From contig OZ241831.1 of assembly GCA_965202585.1 (NCBI GenBank), forward strand, positions 41,602,001 through 41,666,000: DNA of 64,000 nucleotides, in the 5' to 3' direction. The notes under the pieces are model-generated. The model searched no databases. It saw only the letters and a program-made list of their open reading frames with translations, and was not told where the DNA came from. The stretch comes from Thalia democratica (lineage: Eukaryota). Position numbers and translations under genes: made by a program. This document shows positions 48,601 through 64,000 of this stretch, piece by piece. The first letter of the stretch is position 1. The number at the start of each line of letters is the position of its first letter.

Positions 48601-51600
48601 CTTACATAGTACTTATACATTTGCAAATATGAACCACAAAATATGTCCTAACTTATCGTTTCCTATCTTATGGGATCAATAAAAACTGCTACGGATAGAA
48701 ATGAAGACATGTCTTCTTAAAATGAACAACATTGTACTTGTGGAAACTTTACTAAAATTAATAGTAACAATAATTTTGCTTTAAACGACTACTTTAAATC
48801 AATTAAATAAACTAATTATCAAACCCAGAATTATTAACTCTTAAACCTAAAAATTATATAACAAACATTAAATTATAACTGACTGATAGTTTAATTTGCG
48901 ATAAAACAAAAATATTTATATAAAAATTGAGATTCATTTCCGGTTGTTGCCCGTCCAGTTGCACAAACTGTTCTTCAGATCCAAGTTGCTTCCTTTAAAA
49001 TTTATTTATAGTTATACTACTTAATACCATATAGACTATTATGTTTTTTTGTTTGTTTAAAACTCTATTTGGTTGAAAAAAGACTAATTAAATATTATTT
49101 AGTTTTTAAGCATATTTTTCGGTTTAGTATAAATTAAATGCAATTCCGTGCTATTAATAAATAATACAGGCACAACTGTTATTAGATACACAAAAAGTAG
49201 CAGACTAGCTTAAATTAATTTTTACAATAGTAATTTTTTAAAAACTTAAATAATGTCAAAGGAGTAAACTAAAACAAAAATATTTTGGAGACTTAAATTT
49301 AATACTAATAAATCACATAAAAAAAGCCAAAAATAATAAGGTTTTACTACTAATTACGTATTTAAAATACTTCATAAACATTAGTTTTACACTGAAAACG
49401 ATAAGATACATATTAAATTAAATACTTTACCATTACTCAGAGACGATTATAAGTTTATTAATTCGGTAGACTAAAAATAATAATATTTTAGGTGTTAGGG
49501 ATATAAATTATTTTGACTTATATTTCATATATATTTATGTTAATCGAAAATTGTTAATGAAAAAACATTATACTGACGTGGAAACAAATACACCAGTGAT
49601 TTAGCTCGATTAAAAGATGTAGTCCTTTTATCAATGTTTAAATAGATGTTTAATTAAAAACAAAGCATTGTCTTTGAAAAAATTTACAACCTACTAGAAA
49701 TTAAATAAACATTAAAACACTATCTGAAAGCATGCTGTTTAAATAAAATGTTAAGTTAACATTACAAAAAATACTACGTTAAACCACTATCAAAGCTGCT
49801 ACAATTTTCACACAACTACTTGAAAAAGACTTACATCTTTAACTAAATAATAAATAAACCGGTAGAACTTTTTTAGTAGAGAAAGCTATAAACGAGTGTA
49901 AACAAAATTACTTCATTTAAAATCATTTAAAATGTATGTATATGCATTTAGTATTTAACATTAATATTCTAACAAAACTTAGTAAACTATTACTAAATTT
50001 AAATAAAAAATATTGACAAATACATTGCATTTTTATTGAAGTAGAAAACTTTTCTAAACACACTTATCAACTACTGTTGTGTTTAACTAAGCTATAAATA
50101 GTATTAACATGTATTAAAGTTACTTATTGGTTACTTCATTATAAGTTTAAATAAAAATGTGAAATAAATACTGTTTAAATAAAAATTTTTTGAAAATTAA
50201 ATAGACAATACTTTTTAAGCATAAGTTAATAGAAAACAACTTAAGATGGTAAAAGGATATTACAATAAAGTATATACATATGAAACTTTTAGAGTCAATA
50301 ATAATAATAGATAAGGCTATGAAAACATTAGAAGTAAAATATAATCATCTGAACTTAAATAATTACTTATGTAAAAGGAATAAAGCAAGTTATGTATTTA
50401 AAAACTAAAATTTCAGAACATGTTATAGTATACTTACGCAATTAAAAAAAGTATTTAAAGTAAACTGAACAAAAATATTTAAACATTAAAAAAAAACAAC
50501 TATAACAGTTTGTACAAGTTAGTATTGTAAACTATTAATAAAAAGAATATGTTATTATCTATACATAGTAATACTTATTCATTTAACATAACTTTTTTCC
50601 TTTACATTAATTTGGTAAAAAAAGAAGTATTGCTATGTAAAAGTATACTAAAAATAAAAAATATTTTAAATTAATTACTAATAAATTTTAAAGTTATTTC
50701 TATACTTTCTTTTATTATTAAAATTATTAAAATTTTATTAAAGGCTGAAACTTTTTAAATATTGACTCTCTAATAAGTCAAGTATGTTAATCAATAATTC
50801 TAACTACCTTTCTTAACTCCGCCAGTTGATAGTTTGTAGCGCTGATAGAGGTCACTTCGGCTTACGTGTGTCATCAAAGCTCCGTGTCACTCAAACTTAT
50901 TTCCTTCCACAACATGTTTACTTGACTGTAAAATAAATATATTATAATTCATACACATTTGATTAAAGTTTTATAAAAATTGAAATAACTGGTTAATAAT
51001 CTAACTGTTTTAAAAAGTTAACTGATTGTTAAAGTTTGTGCGAGTTTAAAACTAAAAAAAACTTACTTGGACACACAAACTTGCTAAACTTAAACCTTGA
51101 GACTTCCAGTCTCCACAGTGTGCTCAGTAGGGTTCATAAAAATTATTTTACTGTAAACAACTAATCAAGTCAGATGAAAAATGTGTTTGTAATTAAAGCT
51201 GTTTTCTTTTGTGAATATTGGAAAAGTCCAGTTATAACATAAATTTTAAAAGTTCTTATTTTTAGACATTCAAAAGATGACAAAACACTGTCTTTATAGT
51301 GAATTGTCCACAACTTTAGTTTTATTTATTTAGTTTGCACAGCTTCTGAAAGCATAAAGACCACTATGACCTGCAAGCACAATAGAAGTAAACAGTTTTT
51401 AAATATACTAATAAAAAAAATAGCATATTAAGTAATGTGTTACATAAAATGATAAACTAGTATCAAAGTGTCATTATTGCTCCTTCTCTTTTTTACTAAT
51501 AACAAGTTGCAATTTAATAAAACAAAACAAAGAGCATAGTTGCACAATTTAATTTTTTTTAATAAACTTTAAAATGTATCAGATGTCAAATTATAGATGG

Positions 51601-51756
51601 CTACAATTCTTTTTTGTAAGATAATGAAAGTAAAGTTCTGACTTTTTAAAGCTACCTAGATAAGGTTATGAGTTTTTATGTTTAGTTTAAAATCTTCACC
51701 AACTCACTTTTAAATCTATATAAATTTTCTAAAGCTTTGATGTTATTGTTATACAC

Positions 51757-52008
51757 CAGGGTTTCCCAAACTTTTTTACTAATGGCCCCCTTCAACATAT
51801 AGGTTACTCAAAAACTACGAAAAAATACACATATGAGCTTTTTTTTTGCTCTTCAACTGCAACTCCAGAATATCTAGTGTAAGTTTCAAGTTATAGCCTC
51901 ATGGCCATGGCCCCCCTGTGGCTCCTTTACTGCTCATGGCCCCCCCTCTTCCCCCTTTGCTGCTCATGGCCCCCTAGGGGGCCACTTTGCCAACTTTGGG
52001 AAACCCTG
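51757..52008. mobile_element. Duplicated copy of the 29292 hAT MITE
   Basis: Same sequence and flanks at +22465. Confidence 0.88.
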
Positions 52009-54689
52009 TTATACATCATAAAAACTTAATGGATCAACTTAAAATTTAAATATAAGGATCTATTTGAAACAAATGTCTCCAAGTGCAGTAACCTCTTCAA
52101 AAATAAGGACCTGTTTTGCAACTAGAACTTTCCTTTAAAAAGAAGTGTAATCATGTAAAATAATTTTTGTTTCATAATAAACCTTGCTTCACAATCATAT
52201 TTAGTATAAAATTGTAGGTTTGTTTATAAATTAATGTTTAAAAGTTTCACCACTATCAAGCTCCCATTATGTGAATTCAAATTATTTAAAATTAAGTTTT
52301 TTTAATGTTGTTTAATCTATAATATCATTTGAACATAACATTAACATGGTTGTCACCTTTTAGAGCAAAAAAAGCTTGAAAAGACAGTCTGAGTAGGGAT
52401 AAAATTTTATAAAAAAATTAATTATAACAGTAATAATAATCAAGCTCAAATACTAAAATAATATAAATAGGACTTGATAAAAGATTTGTTTAAGAAAGAA
52501 TATGTTTAAATTCCTTATATTTAAGAAAAGTGTACAAACTATCTAAGTTTTGAAAAAAAAATGTACAAGCTTAAGTTTACTTAGCTGGGTGGCAATTCTG
52601 CTTAAGACATTTGAACAAAAAGTTCAAAAGAGTATTTGATGTGTCACTCTTAAACTAAAACTTTGACTAACCTAAATATAAATTTTTCCCTTAAAAGAAA
52701 TCAATCTTAAGTAAAACATTAATGGGCAGTTGTATGAAAAGTAGTAAAAAATCAAGATTGTAGTCCTGACAGAGATAAAAAAAGGTAAAACTATGAAAAT
52801 TTTTATATAAAATGAGAAAAATTAAAGGCAAAAGTGGAAGTAGTACTAACATGCATAATGAAACTTTACTAAGGTTGAGAAGCCATTGAAAAATCTTTAT
52901 TTTAGTTCAAAAATTTTTTTAAATGAACTTCAAGAAAAAAAATAACAAACTGAAACTTTTGTAGAAATCTGTTTAAGTGTTAATAAATTTACATGTTTGT
53001 TAGTTAATTAAATTAATGCTAAGTTTAAAACTTAAATTGACAGAACTTTGACAACTATAAAAGTATTAAAGTTGCACATATAATGGGACACTGGAATAGA
53101 TATTTTTGAAGCAGGCTCAATTAATGTTTAAATTTTATTCATATTTAAAACTGTGCATTATTTTAAAATAAAGTTCAGTATACTATTTGACTAACTTAAT
53201 TTAACAGTGTGGCCACTGGTTTATTGTAAATTTCTTCCAGATTTTTAGATATAATTTAATTGTTTATTTTTACTATATAATTAAAACTATATTAAAAACA
53301 AATGTCTAAAACACTATAGTATCATTAAATAATACTATGGTTATAATTGTTTGTTTTTATTGATAAAGAATTTTATTTTTTAGAGAATTTTTATATCTCA
53401 ACAAAATTTTACTACTTCACATGTAAAAGTAGTTCTAAATTCCAGGTTTTTTAGAGGTATTTGTTCAAAACTACAATTTTTTTCAAATTTCACTAACTAC
53501 AGGTTATGCAGGGGTTTTTGTAAAATTTGTCTAAAAAGTCAAATTCCAGGTTTTTCAAGGACTCCAGATTTTTTTAGCACCCTGTTTTAATTATATTTTG
53601 TACCTTTAGTGATTTAGGTAACTATGATTGTATACAACATAATAGTAACTGTAACAAAATTTAGAATAATGTCTTTTAGTATGATGTTAAATTTGGTACA
53701 AAAACTTGTAAATACAAAAGCAAATTTACATACCTTGAAAGTTTGAAAAGGGAGTTATTCCTGTGGAGCTCTGGGTTTCATTTTGTTTAGGATGACTTTC
53801 ATCATTGAAGATCAGGAGGACAGTGAATATAGTTCTAAAAATTTATAACCTAAAATTAACATAGAATAACAAAATTTTTAAATAAATTTGTAGAGAAGTT
53901 TATTCAATTTTACAGAATAATTTGATGTCATGGTTTAAATGTCACAACTTACTTGGTTTTAATTGAACATGCCTCTGTGCCAAGGTATAAACAATAAGAG
54001 ACAACAATTGCTTTTTTTTCACTACAAATAATGAAACAACCATTTTAGAAGTGTTAATAAACATTTGAAAATTCGCTAAAAACTAGTACCAGAGAACAGT
54101 TTTACAATAAACACAAAAAAGGCATATTAATTTCTCGCTAACCTTTCAAGGCTTAAATAACTTAAAGTCAAAAATTGCAAAGCACAAAGTTATAAGCAAT
54201 AAATTATCATTAAACCTAATAGTTTTTTTTTCAGAGCTTTATTTTTTAGCAACTGGATTTTCATAGTTATTGAGTAAGTAAATATATAATAGTTTGTAAG
54301 CTAAGAGCGCTTTGTTAATGATATAATATTTTATTTTGTTGTATAACATTAAATCTACTTTTAAAAAGACTAGTATTAAACAAAAGACAAGACCTGTTTA
54401 GGAAAAATATGAATTACAAAAGCTTTACTTTTATACTACTCAAGTTTAAAACCTAAACATTAATGTTTGTTATTCATACGTTTTTTTAAGTTAATATTTT
54501 TTAGTTATCGGCAATAAATAAGTAAGTTTCAGCTTAAAACATTAGTAAACAATGATTAAAAAAATGTACTAAAATATTACAACTAGGCTTATAATTTTGT
54601 AGTTCGTAGCTATTTATTATATTATTATTATTAAAGCGTTAAAAAACCTTAAATTATAAGTCAAGGGACAGATATTTTACCACCAACCT

Positions 54690-55345
54690 AGATCAATGAC
54701 AAGGATATCGCAAATGTGAAAAACTTTGGATACCTTAGCTTCAGACTCCCACCCGTTGATCAAACTCATAGTTAGACACAGAAATAACTAGTCGCATAGG
54801 TAAGGCCTCAGGCACTTTCGCTTGTTTGTCTGCAAGAGTATGGGGTAACCAAAGTTAAGCATTCTTACAAAGTCTAACGTTTATTGTTCCTGTGTATGCA
54901 GTACTCTGCTATACGGTAGCGAAATAAGGATATTTACTAGCGTCCTGGAGAAGAAAAAACAATACCTTTCATTAACAATGCCTTTGTCGCATCCTTAGAA
55001 TTGCATGGAATCAAAAGATCACCAACGAGGAAGTGTTGAGACGTACTTGTGATACTACCATGTGGTTTACCCTCAGTCAGCGCAGGTTTCGCTGGGTCGT
55101 TCATGTTCTGAGGATGAGTGCTGAGCGAATCCCAAAGTTTGTCAATTGCACACGCTACAGAGGTCGTCCAACATTACGTTTTAACGACGTATGCAAGCGT
55201 GACCTAAAAAGCTGGAATATAAGAACTGGTGAATGGGAATCGTTTGCAAATGACCGTGCCAAATAAAGATCTACTGTTAACAAAAGTCTGAATGAAAGGA
55301 AAAAAGAACTTTAAGAAAACGAAAAAATGAAATGAGAAGCGCAAT
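54690..55345 (+). mobile_element. Duplicated copy of the RTE LINE fragment
   Basis: Identical ORF 55033-55266. Confidence 0.8.
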
Positions 55346-55390
55346 GAATTTTATCAATTTGATTTTATTTATTTGTATTTTTATTTACTA

Positions 55391-58300
55391 TTGACGCTTT
55401 TTTTAAATGTTTGTTGGATTCTTATAGTAATCTGTTATAGTTATGCTTAAGTTGGATCTTCTTGTCAGTTACATAGTTAGAATTTTTTCAAGGCAAGTAA
55501 ATTTTAAAAATTAGACCTGCAAAAATTTAATATTCAGATATCCAACTATTACAGTTTATAAGTTATGCTGAAGTCTAGCGCTGCGGTTGTTTACAAATCT
55601 GTTACTTTTTTATAGTCAATTAGCTTTTATTTTCAGCTTAAGAATTTGCACAAGTTGTTCTATAACTTGCACAGGCCTACTTAGATAACCAAACTTATAC
55701 AGAAGTTAGGCGAACTTGAACATTTTTCTTTTATTTCTAATCTTCGTATACCATAAAAAGTAACTGAAATTTTAAAGAAAGTTTACTAGAAGAGATTTGA
55801 TCTCATTTTTTTAATTTAAATTTCAAAGGTTTAAAAAAAGTTTGTTGGTTCCCAGCAAAATTTACTGCTCTAAAGTTGAACTGTCTCTCAAAATAAACTG
55901 AAAATGTGCCAATTATGTAGTCAACAATACTACCTAAAACTTAAAACTTTTTGAATTATGCCGCTTTTATAACAAGTTTTTACAAAAAATGAATGTTAAT
56001 TACAACTGATACTTAAAAAACTTCAACTTCAGCAAAACAAACTTATTTGTATTAAGTTTTTTGAAACTTTACCTGAACATTGTACTAAAAATATTCTTTT
56101 AATTATCGAACGTTGGCTAAAAATTAATTTTAAAGGTAAAATACGTTTATACAATTAATTTTAGAAATAAAAATTCTATAAAACCAAAAACTAATAAACT
56201 TAATTAAGATATCAGCCTTTGTTTTATCTTTTTATAGTGAGTCTTTAATTACAACTTATTAAAAGCATAATAGAACAACAAATACATTGTTACATTAGCG
56301 GTTATTATACACAATGGAAGTTAAAAGTGAAAACAGATATGTTAAGTTACTAACTATTTGATTAAAGTAAACGTTTTCCGTATTCGTAAATTAAATCTTT
56401 GTTTTTGTTGCATAAATTATTTTATTATTCATGAAAGTCACAAGCTAAACTTTAAAAATATGATGATTGACCTAAGAAACTATTTGATATTTTTCTAATT
56501 AAGTTAATATTATTCAAGATATTGGTAAACTTCGGCCTATGGTAAAAACGTAGAAAGCAAACTAAAAACTGCTGCAGGTACTTTTAAGCTTAAACTGTAC
56601 TTGTTTGAAACAATTTAGAAAAAGTTAAAACCCAAAACTTATTGATAGTTATTACTCAACTATTGTTTTTTGTTTAAATACCATTTATTTAGAATTTAGA
56701 TAGTTATATTTATTATGATTAAAATATTATTGAAACAACTGCAGTCCCGCAAGACTTATTTTTATACTAGGGGTACGCAACGTTTTTCTATATACGGGCC
56801 GGATCCGGAAAAAATTATTCTTTAGCGGGCCGGAGCATTTTGAGTTAGTGATTTACCGGATCCAGCCGAATAATGAGTTTTTAGATTTGAATCCGACTAG
56901 ATACTTATTTTAAGTCGAGATACGGATCTGGTCGGATTCTTATGTAAATAAAAGTTTCGGATCCGGCCATAATTTAATTTTATGGATACAGTTGATCACT
57001 TTTTTACATCCTTCAAATTGAAAAAACTTTCTCAAGTCTGACAACTTAAGATGTAGATTGAGACATGTCAGAATTTTAAATAATGTCTATAAGTAGAATT
57101 GACATTGTAATTGACAAAGGTACGTATGTAAAAAAAAAAACACTTTGCTTGGGATATTTCACTAAAAGATATTCTAACTAATTTAGAGCAACACAAAATA
57201 TTAGGACAAAATAGTGTGTTTATTAGTACACATTATTTTATAAAGTAGTTTTTTATCATATTTTTTTAGTCAAATTCTTACAGTGATTTGTAAAAATATG
57301 ATACAAAGTTTTATACAAGTTTTGTAATATTGACCCTTTGCAGGCCTGTAAATTTTCTAGCGGGCCAGTAATTTTCATTTGCGGGCCGGATCCGGCCCGA
57401 GGGCCGTACGTTAGCCACTTTTTAAGGAAGCTTGGCTTGTTACTTGTAAAAGACTGCTGACACCTGTTTGTATACTAGTTTTTAATTTAAACATAATATT
57501 TTAATTATTTAGATCAATCAAATATTACGACAAATATCTCTACTACAGGGTTTTCAAAACTTTTTTTAAAAAACCCCTTTAAAGAAGTTAAAAAAGCTAT
57601 GGCCTCATCCAACAAGATTTTTCGAAAAACTACCATTAAAAGCAATTAATTTTTTTTAGCTACTTAACATCAACTTTTTGACTAGTAGTTGTAACTTAGA
57701 TAAAGTATTTATGTTACTGTTAAATATAAAAAGGTAAAAAAAGCTACACTAACAATTCAACAACGACTGAATGTTTCGGGGAGAACCTGTAGATAAAAAG
57801 CCACTCAAGGGTTTGATCTGGACAAAGAAATGAGGAAATCTTTTACGAATGTAAGGGGTTGCTGCTAAGTAGAGCGATAGGTTGCATTTCGACTGAAATG
57901 ATGCAATATAAGACGTAACAATTGGATGAATAGCAAACTTCGACTTAAAAGATGAAAAAGATGACGTAACAATTGAAAATCTTCGTAATTTTAAAATGAC
58001 ACAATACTGGCAACTTTGTTCCTTACATTACGGGAAGCGCGCTGCATTAAGCAAAACTAAGCTTTTATGCCAAAATTATTCAAGAAAATTAGCTTTCCTT
58101 TTGGGGAAAATTTACTTTTGCGCTGAAACTTCATACACTTTAACTGGGTAAGCTGTCAAATTTGCACGAGCGTACAAAATTGCACGAGTGCACAAAATCG
58201 CTAAAATAAACTTTTGCACGAAGACACTATGCACGAGGGAATAAAATTGCACGACAATACATTTGCACGGGTTATTTTTTTCTTATTTAATTTATTTTTT

Positions 58301-61300
58301 TTATTATCACTTTTTACCCTAACGCTTACCCTCGGTCGAAGAATCGAAACGTAGATGCCTAATAAAGTTTTTCATACTGTAATGAAATCAATATTTGATT
58401 TTATTATTTTAAATAAATAAGTTAAAAAGGAGTTTTTTGTTTCGACGGCGTAAAACATTCATAATTCTTAGAAATAAGTTATTTTAAACCGAAAACAATA
58501 ATGAGCTTTCTGAAAACAATTTTCCAAGTTTTTAAAACATCATTGTTTACTCGAAGAAGTTAGTTTCTTTCCAGTGCGTGTATATTGGTGTTTGTGTTTC
58601 AAATACGCGTTAGTTAGTTAAGTTTTTGTGCGTTTCGTACGCCGTCTTAAGTCACGATGATGATCAACGCAACATCAAGTTAAGTTCAAGCCAATGAAGT
58701 AAAATCTACATCGAAAAAAGTATACGTTTTCTAGTGAAGAATAAGTTACACATTGTCAAGCAACCAGAACACCTAGTCGTGTCTAAGAACATGAATCTAA
58801 ACGAGTTCCTTGATCGAACAATTCATTGTCGAGACCATAAGTATTTTTGCATACATTTTATTATAATAGACCATTTGTTTATTAACTAATACAGTTCTTT
58901 CTTGAGTTTTAAAATGCTACTTGACATTAATTCATAGAGCGTTTCAATCATGACTTGGTAACAAGTTACTTTAAGTTTTGTAACTTTAGTATTGTAAGCT
59001 GCTTTTAAGTAAAGCAGTCAGTTTAGCTTAAGTACTTAGAAACCATGTTTAAGACGATAAACATAATCAGTTTAATAAATATTGTTCTGTGGTTATAATA
59101 CTTTACTATGTTTTCAATAATATTTAATTCAATCTAAAACGATGTAAAAAATGTTTATCTTTAAGAAGTAGCAATAATTGGGTTATAACTTAACAATACT
59201 AAATACAAAAAAAAAAATTGTTTAAAAAATAATGAAGATTAACAGTTGTACTCCAAAAGCAAAAAATAAAAAAAGGATCAAAAAAAATATATGTTTGTTA
59301 AAAATAAAATCTATTAAAAGGTATAGAAAATTTATATGTATAAATTTTTTTTGCCCTTATAACTATATTTTAACCACTAAAAATACACCTAAAATTGAGT
59401 TTTTATTCTTAATAGTTTAAGTTTACTAGTTGTATAAAAGGTTTTTTAATTTGGTCATAATAGGACCCGTAATTAACCTGTTTTCAAGGGCAAACTCTTA
59501 TTGTCTTGTTTTGTCGAAACCATGTTACAAGGTTTTATAAAAATTTCGTAATATTATCTTTGGCGGGCCGGATTTCACAATGTGCTTTTTTCACATTTTA
59601 TATTGTAAAAACGTGTTGCAAATTTATCTAATTTTTTTTTCGTACTGATTGTTTAAGACGTTGTGGTTAGTTTTAACAAGTTACTGATTTTATTTTGCTG
59701 AACTATGATTTTTTTATTCTATTTGAAAATTACTTCTATAATGTCTTAAAATAAATTATAAAAGTTATTGCTAGTTGCTTATTTTACAGAACTAACTGCA
59801 CGAAAACTTTTCTCTATAGTTATTTTATTTAATAAGTAATATTATATATATTAAAACCTTAGAAACCAATCATAGAAAAAAAATAAAAGGACTTCTTAAA
59901 TGATAACAAGTGTTATGCAGAAATTTGAGACATGATTAAATCAAAAACATAATTATTTAAACAAAAAAGTAAAATGGATTTTAAATAACACTTATCAACT
60001 ACTAGTTTTTATGATTGTTGTTTGTCGCTTATTTTATATATTTATCGTATTTTTTGTTTTTATTTTTATACGTTTGCTTATCTTAGTTAAATTACTAATC
60101 AATTTATCTATAATTATGTAATTATAAACTGGTAATCTGTCTCTAATTGATTTTGCTTAACTATGCTAATTAGTATTAATTGAATATTTTCTAATTAAAC
60201 CTCTAAATGTTTATTTACTCAAAATTTATCTTTAAAATTAGTTGCTAACAAAAGAAGTTGATAATTATTAGCTAAAATCGATTTTACTTGTTTGTTTATA
60301 AAAATATTTTTTTAAAGGAATCATGTCTCAAATTTCTAATTAACATATGTATTACAAAAAAGTTATATAGTAGCAAGTAAAAATAATTATGTTATGTTTA
60401 TTTTATAATTTGTACGCTTAATTTTTTTCGGTCTCTAGTGACGTATTTCTCGATAAGCAGTTTTTTGAATTACACGCACAATCAAAATCACGAAAATACC
60501 CTTCTCCGTACCAAATGAAGAGTTGCTCACTAGCTCTGATAGCTTTTTTGCTGATGATAAAGTTCCTAGGAATTCCATTGATCAGAGCGTACTCTGTCCT
60601 GCAATTTAATTTATCTTCGCAATCGTGGTTAATGAACCTGGTATGGTTGCCCATTGCGCCCGCGTCAATATCAAAATTCGTGCATGTGCTGAAATAGTAG
60701 TTGGTAGCCCCTTTATTCTCACGCCACCTTTTAGTCTTTTCTTCTTTTGAAATAAGCTCGCCTGTATACTCTCCTATTATTGAGTCTGAAAATCAACAAA
60801 TAATAAGTTTAATATCCAAGCTAGTAGTTTAATTTAAGAATTATTTAGTCAAAATTTTCATTATAACAAAAAAAAGTTGTACATTGAAAAAAAAGTTAAA
60901 CAATGAAACTTACTTGCTGGTATAGCATGCTTAGCGAACAGCCCACGGCCCATTTTACCACTAAGATTGTCCACATAAAAATGTTTTTCAGGATCGTCAA
61001 GGCAGTCATGATTGAACTTTTTTAAACTATCCAGTTCAATAAAAGAAGCTACATGTTTTATCTCATCCAAATAAGTATCGCTTCCAATCACGAGGTGGTT
61101 CGTCCAAACATGATGCTTCTCTGTATTGAAATGATAGTAAGGATCAAAAACGTCGTCAGGCCCTTCCTTGAATGTCCTTTTAACTTCGAATTTTCCCTCC
61201 AAAGCAATTTTCTTCCATTTTTGCTTGCTTGACGATCGTATTTTAATGCTGAGTGGTGCAAATTTTTTCAACGTATTCCTGATTGGAACACTTCTTATAA

Positions 61301-64000
61301 CGGCCTTCCTTGCTGTCTGCTTTTTGTAGCTTTTTATTCCTGATTGCTTATAAAAACTTGTTTTTACTGGCATTTTATAGTTGAGAAATTTAGCATATAA
61401 ATGACTATAAATATGTTAGATAAGTAATTTAAGAAACTTATACTGTTATAATATATTTTATATCCGCAGTATGTATCATAAGTTTATCTAAAGCTTGAAA
61501 ATTTCGAATGATACTTCAACCTTTTTCATATAAACCAGGAAAAACAAATGAGTTATTAGATAAAAATCTAAAACATTATACATAAAGAGTAATATACCAG
61601 ATTTTATAAATAAAACAAGTTATTATTAAATTGAGTTTTAGAAAATTCTGAATTTTAAAATGTTATTATACCATACCTGATTCCCACATCAACAGTTTTT
61701 TTTTTTAAGTGTTAAATAAACAAATTAAAATAGCAACTATTATCAAATCCCTGTAAAAGATGATTAATAATTGATTAAGAAAATGAAGGTAGAGATGGAT
61801 ACCGAACTCAGATACAAAAACCAAGTTGTAAGAAATGCAAGAAATGATAATAAACTATCAACCTAGGAAAAGATAATTGTCAATTAGAATATAAAATGCA
61901 ATTGAAGCTTACAAAAAAAGAATAAGTTACAGCAGATAATGAAAAATAAACAGCAGGTCTTATCAGTAATGAGAGAAAAAAGTATACTGTGAATCATTGC
62001 TAGTGAAACTGCAAAGCATGAAAAAAATCTGTTATCTAATGTTAACAAAATTGAGAACTTTCAAAGGAATTTCAATTTTTAAACACAGGGTGTATCAATT
62101 GAAAGATAATGAGAAATCTAAAAATACTAACAAAGTATTACTAGAAAATAGTATTACTGTTCAACAAATTTATTTAATATTATTATTAATTTAATAAAGT
62201 GTTGGAAGGAACAAAAAAGAAAGTTAATAAAATAATAAACATTTATAAAATTAAACTTGTTAAATATAACAACTTTAAACAAAATGACTGTTCACTTGAC
62301 TTATTATATATATACACTCCTAAAACATAAATCTAACAACAAATATAACTACATAACCTGAAACTTTATCTATACTAAGTTAACTTAACACTAACCTTAA
62401 CAACTGAAAACAACTTTTTTTATGTTCGCATGCGTGTAATTGAACATTTGTGGTTTGTGGTGTGACCTCAGAACTCGAGACAACACTGTTGGGCATAGTA
62501 TTTTGAGAGAATTTAGGGTTTTATAACCCGCGACGAGTTCAAAAGACTTTTTTGCTTAAATAATTTTCAAATGTTTAGGCTAACCCAGAACATCGACACC
62601 TTGTGATGAATTTCCCGTATTTTTTTTAAGTCTTGTTTTTCTAAAAGCGAAATGGTGCAATTCCGTGGATTTGAACTTACCAGGAACAAAAGAACTAGAA
62701 AAAACTTACCAGGAATAAAAGAAGGCAGGGATATAAATCTAAAAAAAGTAAAGAAAACATTTAATGCTAAAGTTTAATATAAATGAGGTTAAAATTAAAC
62801 TATGTTTCTCAATAACAGAGTTTTTATTTGTTCTCTTTCTAACAATAAAATAAACAAAGAATACTTTTCAAGTGAGTCATATGATTTTTTAAATTGTTTT
62901 TTTCGAAATACTTTTTAATTTTTGTTATGATCAATATAAAGCTTTTGATAGTAATAGTGGTATTCTAATTACAGAACTTAATTTTGATATTGAGACTGGA
63001 CAAACTTTTGTTAGTTCACAATACATATCTAGTAACGTTAATCCATTTTAGTTTATAGTAAATGAAACTGAAAAACTACAAATATAATAAGATAAAACAA
63101 ATCTTCCTAAACAACAGTGTTTAACAGTTACTTGCATATAAAAGATTTTAGAAAAGCTTAGCAGTAACATAATAGAATCGCTGGAAACAACTAGTGTTGA
63201 TATTAAAGTAGCCTTCAGAACAGATTTAGTTGGAAACTATTTCTCATTGAAAGATCGAATGGATAAATTTTACAGGAGTTGCATCGTTTACAAGTTTCAA
63301 TGTCCGGGTGACCTGGATACCCAATTCAAGTATAACTCTATAATAAAAAAAATAAAAATAAAAGTTAAAGGGAAAAAATGTACCAGATAAAATATTTCTA
63401 AAGTTTAACTTAAGGTAAGTTCTAAACCTAGGATATCTAAAGCCGTGTTTACATTTACAAAATAAATAATAAGCTATTCAAAACTATTTGCAAAAACAGT
63501 TTTAAAAGTCAAGTAAAGGTAAAACATAATAAAAAACTGAGAAATAAATTAAAATATCAAAATTAGTCTAAAAAACATACTTTGAAACAAACATTCTAAT
63601 TAACATAAATCAAAACACTCTTAAATAAAAATTAAATGTATTTTTTTAAATTTAAAGAGTTATCAATGAAATATGCAACAAAAACAAAAAGAAAACTACT
63701 TCCTACTTAAAATTTAAATAAATAAAGTTGTTTTCAAAGCTAATTGATATAGTTTATAAACATAACACAAGATTTGCTTATTAGTAAACAGACATGTCAG
63801 TAACATAAATCAATCAAAAATAATGCAGTAATATAAAATACAGCAGAAACAGTTTCATCTGGTATGATGCGATAAATGTTGAAGTATATAACGTTACAAA
63901 AATTTAAACTCAAAGAAAGCCAGTAGTGAGGATTAGATATCAGTCAAATTCTTAAAAAAGGCAACATTGTATCTCTAGTAACTAAAAAAAACTAATTAGT
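55391..64000. repeat. Tandem segmental duplication unit 3 (partial, runs off the window)
   Basis: Matches 32926-41535 with no difference in spot checks. Confidence 0.93.
60418..61373 (-). CDS. SET + post-SET gene B copy 3, 275 aa; exons 61373-60914 and 60785-60418
   Basis: Copy 2 shifted by 22465 bp; ORF-track translations are identical. Confidence 0.88.

Larger units (their letters stand above)
32926..55390. repeat. Tandem segmental duplication unit 2 (22465 bp)
   Basis: Paired ORFs recur at a constant 22465 offset (21851/44316, 32568/55033, 37953/60418). Confidence 0.95.

Overview
Very AT-rich eukaryotic (animal-like) nuclear DNA with GT-AG introns and many decayed transposons; the host cannot be determined from the sequence. 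It contains four two-exon SET + post-SET lysine-methyltransferase-like genes: gene A (+, 9094-10366) and three tandem copies of gene B (-, 16223-17178, 37953-38908, 60418-61373). All four carry histone H3 tail-like motifs at the N-terminus. From 10848 to the window end the DNA is a tandem array of a ~22 kb unit (10848-32925, 32926-55390, 55391->64000). The segment 20632-41535 appears identical to 43097-64000, while the first ~10 kb of unit 1 has diverged. Each full unit also carries an unexplained ~1 kb GC-richer element made of dense stem-loops, a 104-bp spacerless palindrome, two 100-bp hairpin repeats and a 23-bp inverted repeat. The rest is hAT/Buster-type MITEs, Mutator-like foldback arms, Penelope-like and RTE retroelement fragments and a hAT transposase relic. 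The two strongest leads are the amplified SET genes with built-in H3 K4/K9 mimics and the structured palindrome element.
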